A DNA stretch of 46,668 nucleotides, taken from positions 1,887 through 48,554 of the forward strand of contig CAZNJT010000001.1 of the NCBI GenBank assembly GCA_964573475.1, written 5' to 3'. The DNA is from an uncultured Candidatus Bathyarchaeia archaeon (lineage in GTDB: Archaea > Thermoproteota > Bathyarchaeia > Bathyarchaeales > Bathycorpusculaceae). The notes under the pieces are model-generated. The model searched no databases. It was not told the origin of the DNA and saw only the letters and a list, made by a program, of their open reading frames with translations. Both the position numbers and the translations under genes were made by a program. Positions 18,390 through 26,457 of this stretch are shown piece by piece; position 1 is the stretch's first letter; every line of letters starts with the position of its first letter.

Positions 18390-19723
18390 GCCTTAGAGAG
18401 TTTCTTAAACAAATGGAAACAAGAAAAGAAATTTTGCATATAAAAGATGAAGTGTCCACACGTTTTGAAATTCCATTCATCATGAAGAGTTTTGAGAACC
18501 AAGGTTCGGTTCTCATGTTTGAAAATGTAAAAGATTACGAAACAAAGGTTGTTGCCAACGTTTGTGGAACTCGGAAGAGAATTTGTGCAGCGCTTAATGT
18601 TGATCGTGATAGACTTTATCGAAGGTTGACAGAAGCTTGGCGTTCACCAAGAAAGCCAAAAATTGTTGAGGATGGCGCGGTGAAGGAAATTGTTGAAAAT
18701 GACTTGTCTAGGATTCCAGTTTTAACACATTTTGAAAGGGATGCTGGTCCATACATCACTTCGGCAGTTGTATATGCAAGAAGCATTAATGGAAAAGTTG
18801 AGAACGTTTCGGTGCATCGCCTTCAAGTTTTAGACAAGAAGCATTTAGCAATTCGTTTGGTTCCGCGTCATCTTTTCAAATTGTGGCAAGTGGCAAAGGA
18901 ATCTGGTAAAGACTTGGAAGTATCAATTTCTATTGGTGTTCCCCCGGCAATTATGCTGGCGGCCTCTTCACCTGTTCCCTTTGGCGTTAATGAATTTGAA
19001 GTGGCAAACGCTTTGATGGATAATGATCTCCGCTTAATTAAGTGTGAAAATGCAGATGCTTACGTTCCTGCAGAGGCTGAATTAGTTTTGGAAGGCAAAA
19101 TCTCTGCGACAAAGGAAGTCGTTGAAGGACCCTTCGTAGATATAACTGGAACTTACGACATTGAAAGAAAACAGCCCGTCGTCGAAGTTGTAGGGGTTAT
19201 GCACAGGAAAGATTATGTTTATCAGGCGCTTTTGCCTTCTGGAGCTGAACATAGGCTTCTGATGGGTTTGCCGCATGAAGTTTTGATTTGGGATGCTGTT
19301 TCAAGGATTGTGCCCAAAGTCTATGCGGTTAACCTTTCTGTTGGTGGAAGCGGATGGCTTCACGCCATAATATCCATTGAAAAACAGCTTGACGGCGACG
19401 GGAAAAATGCTTTGTTGGCTGCTTTTGCGGCACACCCAAGCTTAAAACATGCTGTAGTTGTGGATTCTGACATTGACGTGTTTAATGTTTCTGATGTTGA
19501 ATGGGCTATTGCAACCCGTTTCCAAGCCAGCGAAGACCTACTTGTTATAAAGAATGTGCGTGGCTCGACGTTAGATTCTTCTGCCGATCAGGAGACAGGC
19601 TTAACAACTAAAATGGGTGTTGATGCGACTAGACCATTTACCAAGCCTAAGGAAAAGTTTGATAGAGCAAAAATCCCGGCTAGTAGACGCGTCGATACAC
19701 TTGTTCATAAGTTGACGAGGTAG
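18386..19723 (+). CDS. UbiD-family (prenylated-FMN dependent) decarboxylase; possibly the archaeal mevalonate-pathway anhydromevalonate-phosphate decarboxylase
   Basis: Typical UbiD N-terminus LREFLKQMETRKEILHIKDEVSTRFEI...VLMFENVKDY...VANVCGTRKR, and length of about 445 aa. The specific substrate is inference only. Confidence 0.85.
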   Translation: MSLREFLKQMETRKEILHIKDEVSTRFEIPFIMKSFENQGSVLMFENVKDYETKVVANVCGTRKRICAALNVDRDRLYRRLTEAWRSPRKPKIVEDGAVKEIVENDLSRIPVLTHFERDAGPYITSAVVYARSINGKVENVSVHRLQVLDKKHLAIRLVPRHLFKLWQVAKESGKDLEVSISIGVPPAIMLAASSPVPFGVNEFEVANALMDNDLRLIKCENADAYVPAEAELVLEGKISATKEVVEGPFVDITGTYDIERKQPVVEVVGVMHRKDYVYQALLPSGAEHRLLMGLPHEVLIWDAVSRIVPKVYAVNLSVGGSGWLHAIISIEKQLDGDGKNALLAAFAAHPSLKHAVVVDSDIDVFNVSDVEWAIATRFQASEDLLVIKNVRGSTLDSSADQETGLTTKMGVDATRPFTKPKEKFDRAKIPASRRVDTLVHKLTR

Positions 19724-19749
19724 TGAGACACGGAATTTCTGCACACCAA

Positions 19750-19758
19750 TTTATATAT
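19750..19758 (+). promoter_or_regulatory. TATA-like box upstream of the CBS gene
   Basis: TTTATATAT centred about 31 nt upstream of GTG 19785. This fits a very short leader. Confidence 0.35.
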
Positions 19759-19784
19759 GAGGCTTTAAGACAATAGAGAAACTG

Positions 19785-20282
19785 GTGGCTTTGTTGTCAG
19801 ATAAGAAAAGGGATGAAAGCGGCACGTCGCTAAAAGTTGAGGATGCTATGGTAAAAGAAGTAATGACTATAGATGACAATGCAACGGTTAAAGAGGCAGC
19901 CGAGATCATGAACAAGTTTGAGATAGGCTGCTTGATTGCTGTTAGGAAAGGAAAAGCCATGGGCATAATAACTGAAAGAGACCTCTTAAAAAGGGTGGTT
20001 GCAGAAGCGAAGGATGCAACAAAAACTAAAGTTAAGGAAATTATGTCTAGTCCATTGGTTGTTGTTGAACCTAGCATGGATTTGGAAGAAGCTGTGAGAT
20101 TAATGTTTCAGATGAAGATTAAGAAGTTGCCAGTGGTCGACGGAAAACGTCTTGTGGGTTTGGTGACGTTAACTGATATAGCTCGTTTTCAGCCCCAGAT
20201 GATAAAGATTTTGAAACAACTTGCTATAAGGCAAGCTGCGCCAAAAAGCATGAAAAAAGTCATAGACTATTACGTTGTTTAA
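19785..20282 (+). CDS. CBS-domain pair protein
   Basis: Two CBS repeats (VEDAMVKEVMTIDDNATVKEAAEIM...GIITERDLL and IMSSPLVVVEPSMDLEEAVRLM...GLVTLTDI). GTG start. Confidence 0.85.
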   Translation: MALLSDKKRDESGTSLKVEDAMVKEVMTIDDNATVKEAAEIMNKFEIGCLIAVRKGKAMGIITERDLLKRVVAEAKDATKTKVKEIMSSPLVVVEPSMDLEEAVRLMFQMKIKKLPVVDGKRLVGLVTLTDIARFQPQMIKILKQLAIRQAAPKSMKKVIDYYVV

Positions 20283-20465
20283 TAAAATGTAGCAGTTGCG
20301 GTTTTAGTTTCTTTTCTGGTTTATGTGCGCCATGAAAAGGGTAGTGGGTGTTCTGATTTCGAATCCGTATTAGCGATATGAATAATTCTAATTTGCGTTT
20401 CATAAGAGATTTATTTTGTCTCGTTAGCCTTTTAGTAAAGCCTTTAACTTAACGGTTTGGTGCTG

Positions 20466-20864
20466 ATGGCCCTCAAAAAATTTGATGACACTTTGCTGAA
20501 TGCGGTTGACTTTACATTTAACTCCCTTGGGAGATCTTGCAAGCAGGCTTTGTATTTCCATCTGAAAAAAACCTTTCATGTAGGTAGAGGAGAAATTCCA
20601 GAGAAAGTTGAAGAATTTGATAATGCCCTAAAGTTGATTTTCAAGGATGGTGCGATTTTTTTGGAGAGGCTGATTTTGGATGAACTGTGCGAAGGTTTGG
20701 AAGTCAAGTTTGAGGAAAAAAATGTGCTTAATTTTGATGAAGCTGTCTCAAAGATCAGGAGCATGGCTTTGGAGAGGGAATCCTTGTTGATGGTTTCAGA
20801 TTTCGGAGAAGTTAGCGTAGTTAAAAGTAAACGAGGAGGTGAAAAGTTTGACTCAGGGAGCTAG
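20466..20864 (+). CDS. Hypothetical protein, co-oriented with and overlapping the stand-alone response regulator
   Basis: ATG 20466 (MALKKFDD...). The track ORF begins at TTG 20457. No motif recognised. The 3' end overlaps the REC gene. Confidence 0.45.
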   Translation: MALKKFDDTLLNAVDFTFNSLGRSCKQALYFHLKKTFHVGRGEIPEKVEEFDNALKLIFKDGAIFLERLILDELCEGLEVKFEEKNVLNFDEAVSKIRSMALERESLLMVSDFGEVSVVKSKRGGEKFDSGS

Positions 20865-21318
20865 TGTGCTTGCTGTTGACGACGACGCTGGGATAAGGAA
20901 GACGCTTTCGAAGATTCTTGAGAAGGAGGGCTACTTGGTGGAAACTGTGGAGAATGGCCAGCAAGCGATTGAGGCGTCTAATGAGCGGTTTTTCAATGTT
21001 GCTCTCATTGATATTCGATTGCCAGACATGGAGGGAACTAGACTTTTGGAGAGACTGAAGGAGTCCGAGCCTAAAATGGTCAAGATAATTATTACGGGTT
21101 ATGCGTCTTTGCAAAATGCTATCGAGGCTGTAAATAAAGGTGCAGATGGATATGTGTTGAAACCGTTTGATGCTACCGAGTTGTTGGCGATGATCGAGAA
21201 ACATTTGGAGAAGCAGAGGGAAAGCATGAAATACGGTGAGAAAAAGGTTACTGAATTCATAGAAACGCGGGTGAAACAGATTGAACTTGAAAAACAGCAG
21301 AAGAAGAGAACTCGCTAG
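20839..21318 (+). CDS. Stand-alone CheY-like response regulator receiver protein
   Basis: VLAVDDD, acceptor region FFNVALIDIRLPDMEGT, IIITGYAS, GADGYVLKP. GTG 20839 lies inside AGGAGGTG; TTG 20848 is an alternative start 6 nt after that SD. Confidence 0.9.
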   Translation: MKSLTQGASVLAVDDDAGIRKTLSKILEKEGYLVETVENGQQAIEASNERFFNVALIDIRLPDMEGTRLLERLKESEPKMVKIIITGYASLQNAIEAVNKGADGYVLKPFDATELLAMIEKHLEKQRESMKYGEKKVTEFIETRVKQIELEKQQKKRTR

Positions 21319-21340
21319 TGTGGTTCGATGCTGTTCAACT

Positions 21341-21670
21341 CTAAAGTTCTGAAAAAACAGAGGAAAATACTGCATGGATGTGATTCCTTGTGATGCTAAT
21401 CTCTCTGAGTAACTCTTCACCCCGATTTGTCAGTTTATATATTCGTTTTCCTTGGTTTGTGTTTCCTTTTATGAGGTTTTTTCTTTCCAGTGAGTATAGT
21501 AAGGAGTATACTGCGCCGGGGCTTGGTAGCATGTGGAATTTTTTGTGGAGATATTTGATTACGTCGTATCCGCTCATGGGGTGGTTGTTTTTTAGGTGTT
21601 TGAGAATTATTATATCCATGAAGTTTTGGATTATTCTTCGATTGAGGGTGTATGCTGTTTTGGATTCCAA
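21341..21670 (-). CDS. PadR-family transcriptional regulator
   Basis: MSGYDVIKYLHKKFHMLPSPGAVYSLLYSLERKNLIKG...KRIYKLTNRG is the PadR winged-helix signature. Confidence 0.85.
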   Translation of the reverse strand: MESKTAYTLNRRIIQNFMDIIILKHLKNNHPMSGYDVIKYLHKKFHMLPSPGAVYSLLYSLERKNLIKGNTNQGKRIYKLTNRGEELLREISITRNHIHAVFSSVFSEL

Positions 21671-21690
21671 GGTAAAAACCGTTTCGAAAT

Positions 21691-21700
21691 GTATATATGT
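21691..21700 (-). promoter_or_regulatory. TATA-like box for the PadR gene (apparently leaderless)
   Basis: GTATATATGT centred about 26 nt upstream of the PadR ATG at 21670. Confidence 0.3.
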
Positions 21701-21772
21701 TCTAGAATATAACTCTATGTGTTTGTGACGTTACAGTTACACATAATATGAAGGTATATCTGAGGTGAACAT

Positions 21773-24700
21773 GTGGAAAAAGCGGCTTCAAACCAAAAAG
21801 TTGCGGTATCGCTTAACTTAGAGAAGGGAACAGATATGCTGCGAAAATCGGGGATTGCGGTAGTTGGCGATGTCCCTTGGGGAACGCATTTTTGTCAATT
21901 TTACGAAACTAAGGAAGATCTGATTGATGTTTTGATACCTTATTTTAAGGCAGGATTGGAAAACAATGAATTTTGCATGTGGGTTACTTCAGAACCTCTT
22001 ACCGAAGAGGAAGCCAAAAAAGCCATGAGAAAAGTTGTGCCCAATTTTGATCGATATTTAAAGAGAGGACAAATGGAAATCGTTCCACACTCTGACTGGT
22101 ATCTCAAGGATGGGGCTTTCAACCTACAAAGAGTTCTTGGCGCCTGGATTGATAAACTCGATCAAGCCCTAGCTGAAAGATATGATGGAATAAGAGTAAC
22201 AGGTAATACGGCTTGGCTTGAAAGACAAGATTGGAAAAGTTTCACCTGTTATGAAGAAGGGGTAAACAGTGTCATCGGCAAACATCGGATGATAGCCATC
22301 TGCACCTATTCGCTTGATAAATGCGGAGCATCCGAAGTCATAGATGTAGTCCGCAACCATCAATTCGCTCTTATTAAGAGGATGGGTGAGTGGGAACTTA
22401 TCGAAAGCTCCGAGCTTAAGCGGGCGAAGGAGGAGCTGAAAAAGTCTGAGATGATGTTAAAGAAAACGTTTGCCGCCTCTCCAGACGCTATTGCGGTTTC
22501 TGACTTGAATGGGAACATAGTTGAATGCAATGAACAAACATTGAACATGCATGGGTATTCATCGAAAGAGGAATTGATTGGCAAAAGTGCTTTGGAATTG
22601 ATTGCAAAAAAAGACCATAAAAGTGCGATGGAAAACCTGATGAAGACTCTGGAGCAAGGTTCAGTAAGAAACATAGAATACGCTTTTTTAACTAAAGACG
22701 GGCGTGAATTCCCTGCGGAACTTTCTGCAAGTCTTATTAAAGACTTTTCTGGGAAACCCACAGGTTTTGTAGCTATAACAAAAGACGTCACCGAACGCAA
22801 GAAGGCAGAGGATGCGCTAAGAAAAAGCGAGATCAAGCACAGAACCCTACTTGAAAATCTCCCGCAAAAAATTTTCTTTAAAGATAAGAATTCGGTTTAT
22901 ATATCTTGCAATGAGAACTATGCAGGGGATTTAAAGATCAAATCCTATGAGATTGCAGGTAGGACGGATTATGATTTTTATCCAAAGGAATTGGCTGAAA
23001 AATACGGAGTAGACGATCAAAGGATTATGAAGTCCGGGAAAACTGAGGATATAGAGGAGGAGTATATCCAAGACGGACACAAAATATTTGTTCATACGGT
23101 CAAAACACCTGTCAAAGACGAAAATGGCAATGTTGTTGGCATACTCGGCATTTTCTGGGACATTTCAGAACGCAAGAAAGCAGAAGAGGCGCTTTGTGCA
23201 TCTGAACAAAGATTTCGTTGTCTAGTGGAGGACGCTGCGGTAGGCGTAGGTATTATCGATCTGAAGAGTCGATTTACGTATGTGAATAAGACATTGGCTG
23301 ATTCGTTGGGTTATTCTGTCCAAGAATTTGTAGGTCGTCCATTCAAAGACTTTCTTCACCCAGGTGACAGGGGCAAAGTAGTGCGCTTATTTCTCAAGAG
23401 CATTCTATTACGAAGGCAATCGCAAGATATCGAGTTCCGAGTGATTCGCAAAGACGGTCTTGTTCTTCACTGGATTTCAAAGCCCACAAAGTTAATAATT
23501 AATGATAAAACAGTTGGTTTCGAAGCAATCATTACAGACATAACCGAGCGAAAGAAGAATGAAGAAAGAGTTAGAGAGTCGGAAGAGAAATATAGAAATC
23601 TTTTCGAGAACGCAAGAGATGTCATATTCACGGGAGATCTAAAGGGAAATATCACCGACATAAACAGATTTGTTGAAGAATATGACTTCAAAAGAGACGA
23701 AGTCGTTGGAAAGAATATGCCCAAGTTTGTTTCCAAGAAATACTGGCCGAGACTACTTAAGCATCTTGCAAAGATATCTCAAGGAAACCTTGTGGAAGGC
23801 GAAATCGAAATAATCACTCCGAAAGGGAAAATAATCGCAGAGTACAGAAGCAACCCAATAAGACGAGGAAAGAAAGTTGTTGGCTTTCAAACGATTCTAA
23901 GAAATATTACAGAAAGAAAGAAGATGGAGGAAAAGCTAAGGCAGTATTCTGAACAGTTAGAAGGGCTTGTTCAAAAAAGAACCGAAGCGTTGTTAGAATC
24001 GGAGAAGAGATACTCTGTTCTAGTAGAGGAAGCAGGCGACGGAGTCATAATACTTCAAGATGGAAAAGTAGTTTTCGCAAACAAGAAAGCCACAGAAGTA
24101 ATCGGTTATTCAAGAGACGAGCTGAAGGGGCTTCCTCTTGAAAAGCTAGTTGATGAAAAATATCTCCCATTTGCAAAGAAAATGTATGAGCGGAATCTGC
24201 GGGGAGACGTTCCAATAACATTTGAGGTTGAATGGAGAGCCAAAAATGGCGAACGCATTCCAATCGAAGTTAGTGGCGCACGCATATATTACGAAGGTCG
24301 TCCTGCAGTTCTCCGTGTTGCACGAGATATAAGAGATAGAAAACGGATGGAAGAGCAGCATTTAAGGTTTGAAAAACTGGCAACCATAGGCGAACTGGCA
24401 ACAATGGTCGCCCACGACCTACGAAACCCTCTAACCTCAATAAGAAACGCAGGCTATTACATTAAGAATACATGTCCTTATCGCATGAATACAGAGTGCA
24501 AAACTACCCTTGAAATGCTTAATATAATCGAGCAAGAAACCATTTTCGCCAACAACATAATCAACGACCTGCTAGACTTCGCAGCAAAAAGACCCCTGCA
24601 GAAAAAGAGGCAAAACATAAACGAGATAATAGAAGACTCTTTAACAAAAGGAAACACACCTAGAAACATAGAAGTCGAAAGAAACTTCAAAAAAGCAATT

Positions 24701-25045
24701 ATAGGCGTAGACGAAAAACAATTGGAAAGAGTATTCTTGAACCTAATAAAAAATGCAGTACAAGCCATGCCAGACGGCGGAAAACTAGCGGTCACAACAA
24801 AAGAAACAAAAGATAACGTGGAAATAATATTTGCAGACACAGGTGTAGGCATATCAGAAGAAAACATGAGCAAACTTTTCACACCACTTTTCACGACAAA
24901 AGCCAAAGGCATAGGCATGGGACTCGCCATATGCAAAAACATCGTGGAACAACACAATGGCACAATCGAAGTTAAAAGCATGGTTAGTCAAGGCACAACT
25001 TTCACGATAAAACTGCCAAAGAAGGAGGAGGCAAACAACCAATGA
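21773..25045 (+). CDS. Sensor histidine kinase: N-terminal MEDS domain, five PAS domains, HisKA and HATPase_c
   Basis: MEDS-like GTHFCQFYETKEDLIDVLIPYFKAGLENNEFCMWV...ICTYSLDKC (aa ~36-205). Five PAS modules each end in T/S-ERKK-x-EE (the last in DRKRMEE). H-box MVAHDLRNPLTSI. N/G boxes LIKNAVQAM, DTGVGI, GIGMGLAICK. GTG 21773 follows GAGGTGA; ATG 21836 is an alternative start. Confidence 0.93.
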   Translation: MEKAASNQKVAVSLNLEKGTDMLRKSGIAVVGDVPWGTHFCQFYETKEDLIDVLIPYFKAGLENNEFCMWVTSEPLTEEEAKKAMRKVVPNFDRYLKRGQMEIVPHSDWYLKDGAFNLQRVLGAWIDKLDQALAERYDGIRVTGNTAWLERQDWKSFTCYEEGVNSVIGKHRMIAICTYSLDKCGASEVIDVVRNHQFALIKRMGEWELIESSELKRAKEELKKSEMMLKKTFAASPDAIAVSDLNGNIVECNEQTLNMHGYSSKEELIGKSALELIAKKDHKSAMENLMKTLEQGSVRNIEYAFLTKDGREFPAELSASLIKDFSGKPTGFVAITKDVTERKKAEDALRKSEIKHRTLLENLPQKIFFKDKNSVYISCNENYAGDLKIKSYEIAGRTDYDFYPKELAEKYGVDDQRIMKSGKTEDIEEEYIQDGHKIFVHTVKTPVKDENGNVVGILGIFWDISERKKAEEALCASEQRFRCLVEDAAVGVGIIDLKSRFTYVNKTLADSLGYSVQEFVGRPFKDFLHPGDRGKVVRLFLKSILLRRQSQDIEFRVIRKDGLVLHWISKPTKLIINDKTVGFEAIITDITERKKNEERVRESEEKYRNLFENARDVIFTGDLKGNITDINRFVEEYDFKRDEVVGKNMPKFVSKKYWPRLLKHLAKISQGNLVEGEIEIITPKGKIIAEYRSNPIRRGKKVVGFQTILRNITERKKMEEKLRQYSEQLEGLVQKRTEALLESEKRYSVLVEEAGDGVIILQDGKVVFANKKATEVIGYSRDELKGLPLEKLVDEKYLPFAKKMYERNLRGDVPITFEVEWRAKNGERIPIEVSGARIYYEGRPAVLRVARDIRDRKRMEEQHLRFEKLATIGELATMVAHDLRNPLTSIRNAGYYIKNTCPYRMNTECKTTLEMLNIIEQETIFANNIINDLLDFAAKRPLQKKRQNINEIIEDSLTKGNTPRNIEVERNFKKAIIGVDEKQLERVFLNLIKNAVQAMPDGGKLAVTTKETKDNVEIIFADTGVGISEENMSKLFTPLFTTKAKGIGMGLAICKNIVEQHNGTIEVKSMVSQGTTFTIKLPKKEEANNQ

Positions 25046-26334
25046 CACATCAAACAGTGCCACACATACTAATAGTGGACGATGATGAATGCATATGCAA
25101 AACCCTTTCAGCCATACTCCAATCAGAAGGATACCAAACAGCATGTGCAACTACAGCAAAAGAAGCCATAGAAAAATCAAAAACCCAGTTCTTTAATCTC
25201 GCGTTACTTGACATCAAATTACCAGACATGGAAGGCACTCAGCTATTATCACAACTACAGGAGATTACTCCAGAAACAATAAAAATCATGATTACCGGTT
25301 ACCCGTCACTAAAAAATGCTGTTGAAGCCCTCAACTTCGGCGCAGACTCCTACATAATGAAACCAATAGACCCAGCAGAACTGATTAAAACAATAAAAAG
25401 CAAACTTGAAGTGCAAAAACAAGCAGAAAAAATCACAAAAGAAAAACTAGCAGCATGGATTCAATCACAGGCGCGCAAGGCACAAACATCCAACTTCCAA
25501 GAATTCCTAGAAGAAACTGCAAGCGAACTCGCACACTTCGGCTTAACAAAAACCCAAGCCAAAATATACATCACACTACTAGCCTTAGGCGTCGCCTCCG
25601 CATCTGAAATAGCTGCCCTATCAAAAATCCGAAGAGAAGAAGTCTACCGGATAATACCCGAAATGGAAAAACACGGAATAATAACGAGAAAGTTAAAGGC
25701 ACCGAGAAAATTTTCGGCAATCCAACCAGAAACAGCCTTCCAGCTTCTAACCAAAACCAAGCTGAAAACCATGACAGAAGAAATCGACAAACTCAGACAA
25801 AAACAGGCTGAATTAATCTCCAGACTAAAAACGATAGAGTTGCCGATACAGCGAAACAAGTGTTCCATAGACGTTATTTCCAAACAGCACAACCTATTCC
25901 TGAAACTCGTAGATACCACACAAAACGCTAAACGCCAAATTGACGCAATAGTCTCACTTGAAAATCTGGAATATGCATACCTAAACTACCCGAAAAACCT
26001 TAAAGAAAGACTTGCAAAAACAATCAAAATTCGAGTAATAACTGAAAGCCATGAACCAGACGCTTTTACTAAAGAAATCATAAGATATTCAGAAGCAAAT
26101 AACAACCGAATTGAACTGAGACAAGCAGAAAAAGTACCGTTCAACCTTACGATAGTTGATGACAACGAAGCAATATGGGGAGGACTCCAACCTAAGAATG
26201 AAAACACACAAGATTTATGGACGAACGACCCAACACAAATCACTATCCTTAAAACATCCTTCGAAAGCTTGTGGCAAAAATCCTCAAGCATAAGAACGAC
26301 TAAAAAGAGACAAAAAGTAGGCTCCCAAAAGTGA
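25042..26334 (+). CDS. Response regulator with TrmB-type output (REC + TrmB HTH + TrmB C-terminal-like domain)
   Basis: REC ILIVDDD, FFNLALLDIKLPDMEGT, GADSYIMKP. TrmB HTH LTKTQAKIYITLLALGVASASEIAALSKIRREEVYRIIPEMEKHGII. ATGA overlap with the kinase stop. Confidence 0.88.
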   Translation: MTHQTVPHILIVDDDECICKTLSAILQSEGYQTACATTAKEAIEKSKTQFFNLALLDIKLPDMEGTQLLSQLQEITPETIKIMITGYPSLKNAVEALNFGADSYIMKPIDPAELIKTIKSKLEVQKQAEKITKEKLAAWIQSQARKAQTSNFQEFLEETASELAHFGLTKTQAKIYITLLALGVASASEIAALSKIRREEVYRIIPEMEKHGIITRKLKAPRKFSAIQPETAFQLLTKTKLKTMTEEIDKLRQKQAELISRLKTIELPIQRNKCSIDVISKQHNLFLKLVDTTQNAKRQIDAIVSLENLEYAYLNYPKNLKERLAKTIKIRVITESHEPDAFTKEIIRYSEANNNRIELRQAEKVPFNLTIVDDNEAIWGGLQPKNENTQDLWTNDPTQITILKTSFESLWQKSSSIRTTKKRQKVGSQK

Positions 26335-26393
26335 CGTATATTATCGGTTTTTCACAAAAATAAGCCAAGCAGTTAACTTTCTAGCGCATCAGA

Positions 26394-26411
26394 GGTGAAC
26401 ACTTCTTCACC
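26394..26411. promoter_or_regulatory. Inverted repeat GGTGAA-N6-TTCACC upstream of the ArsR-MEDS gene
   Basis: Perfect 6-bp arms at 26394-26399 and 26406-26411, just upstream of the A/T-rich AATAAATAAAAAG and 47 nt or more before TTG 26458. Short enough to occur by chance. Confidence 0.2.
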
Positions 26412-26457
26412 AAATCAATAAATAAAAAGAGGCTCTCCAGTTACCAAGGCGAACGTT

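Noticed and set aside
20357-20366. TTTCGAATCC, a tRNA T-loop-like string in the 174-nt spacer after the CBS gene
   Set aside because: The flanking bases do not form a T-stem (TCTGA against TCCGT). No acceptor, D or anticodon arms can be drawn. I could not fold a tRNA anywhere in the window.
20821-21420. 199-aa minus-strand ORF covering the response-regulator gene and part of the PadR gene region
   Set aside because: It is antisense to a clear REC-domain gene. The product is Leu/Phe/Ser/His-rich and low in complexity with no motif. It fits the many long antisense ORFs that purine-rich coding strands generate in this window.
22360-24981. Several minus-strand ORFs of 70-167 aa inside the histidine kinase gene (for example 22360-22836 and 24478-24981)
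   Set aside because: They are antisense to a continuous 1090-aa multi-domain kinase. They have Ser/Phe/Leu-rich composition and no starts with SD or TATA context.
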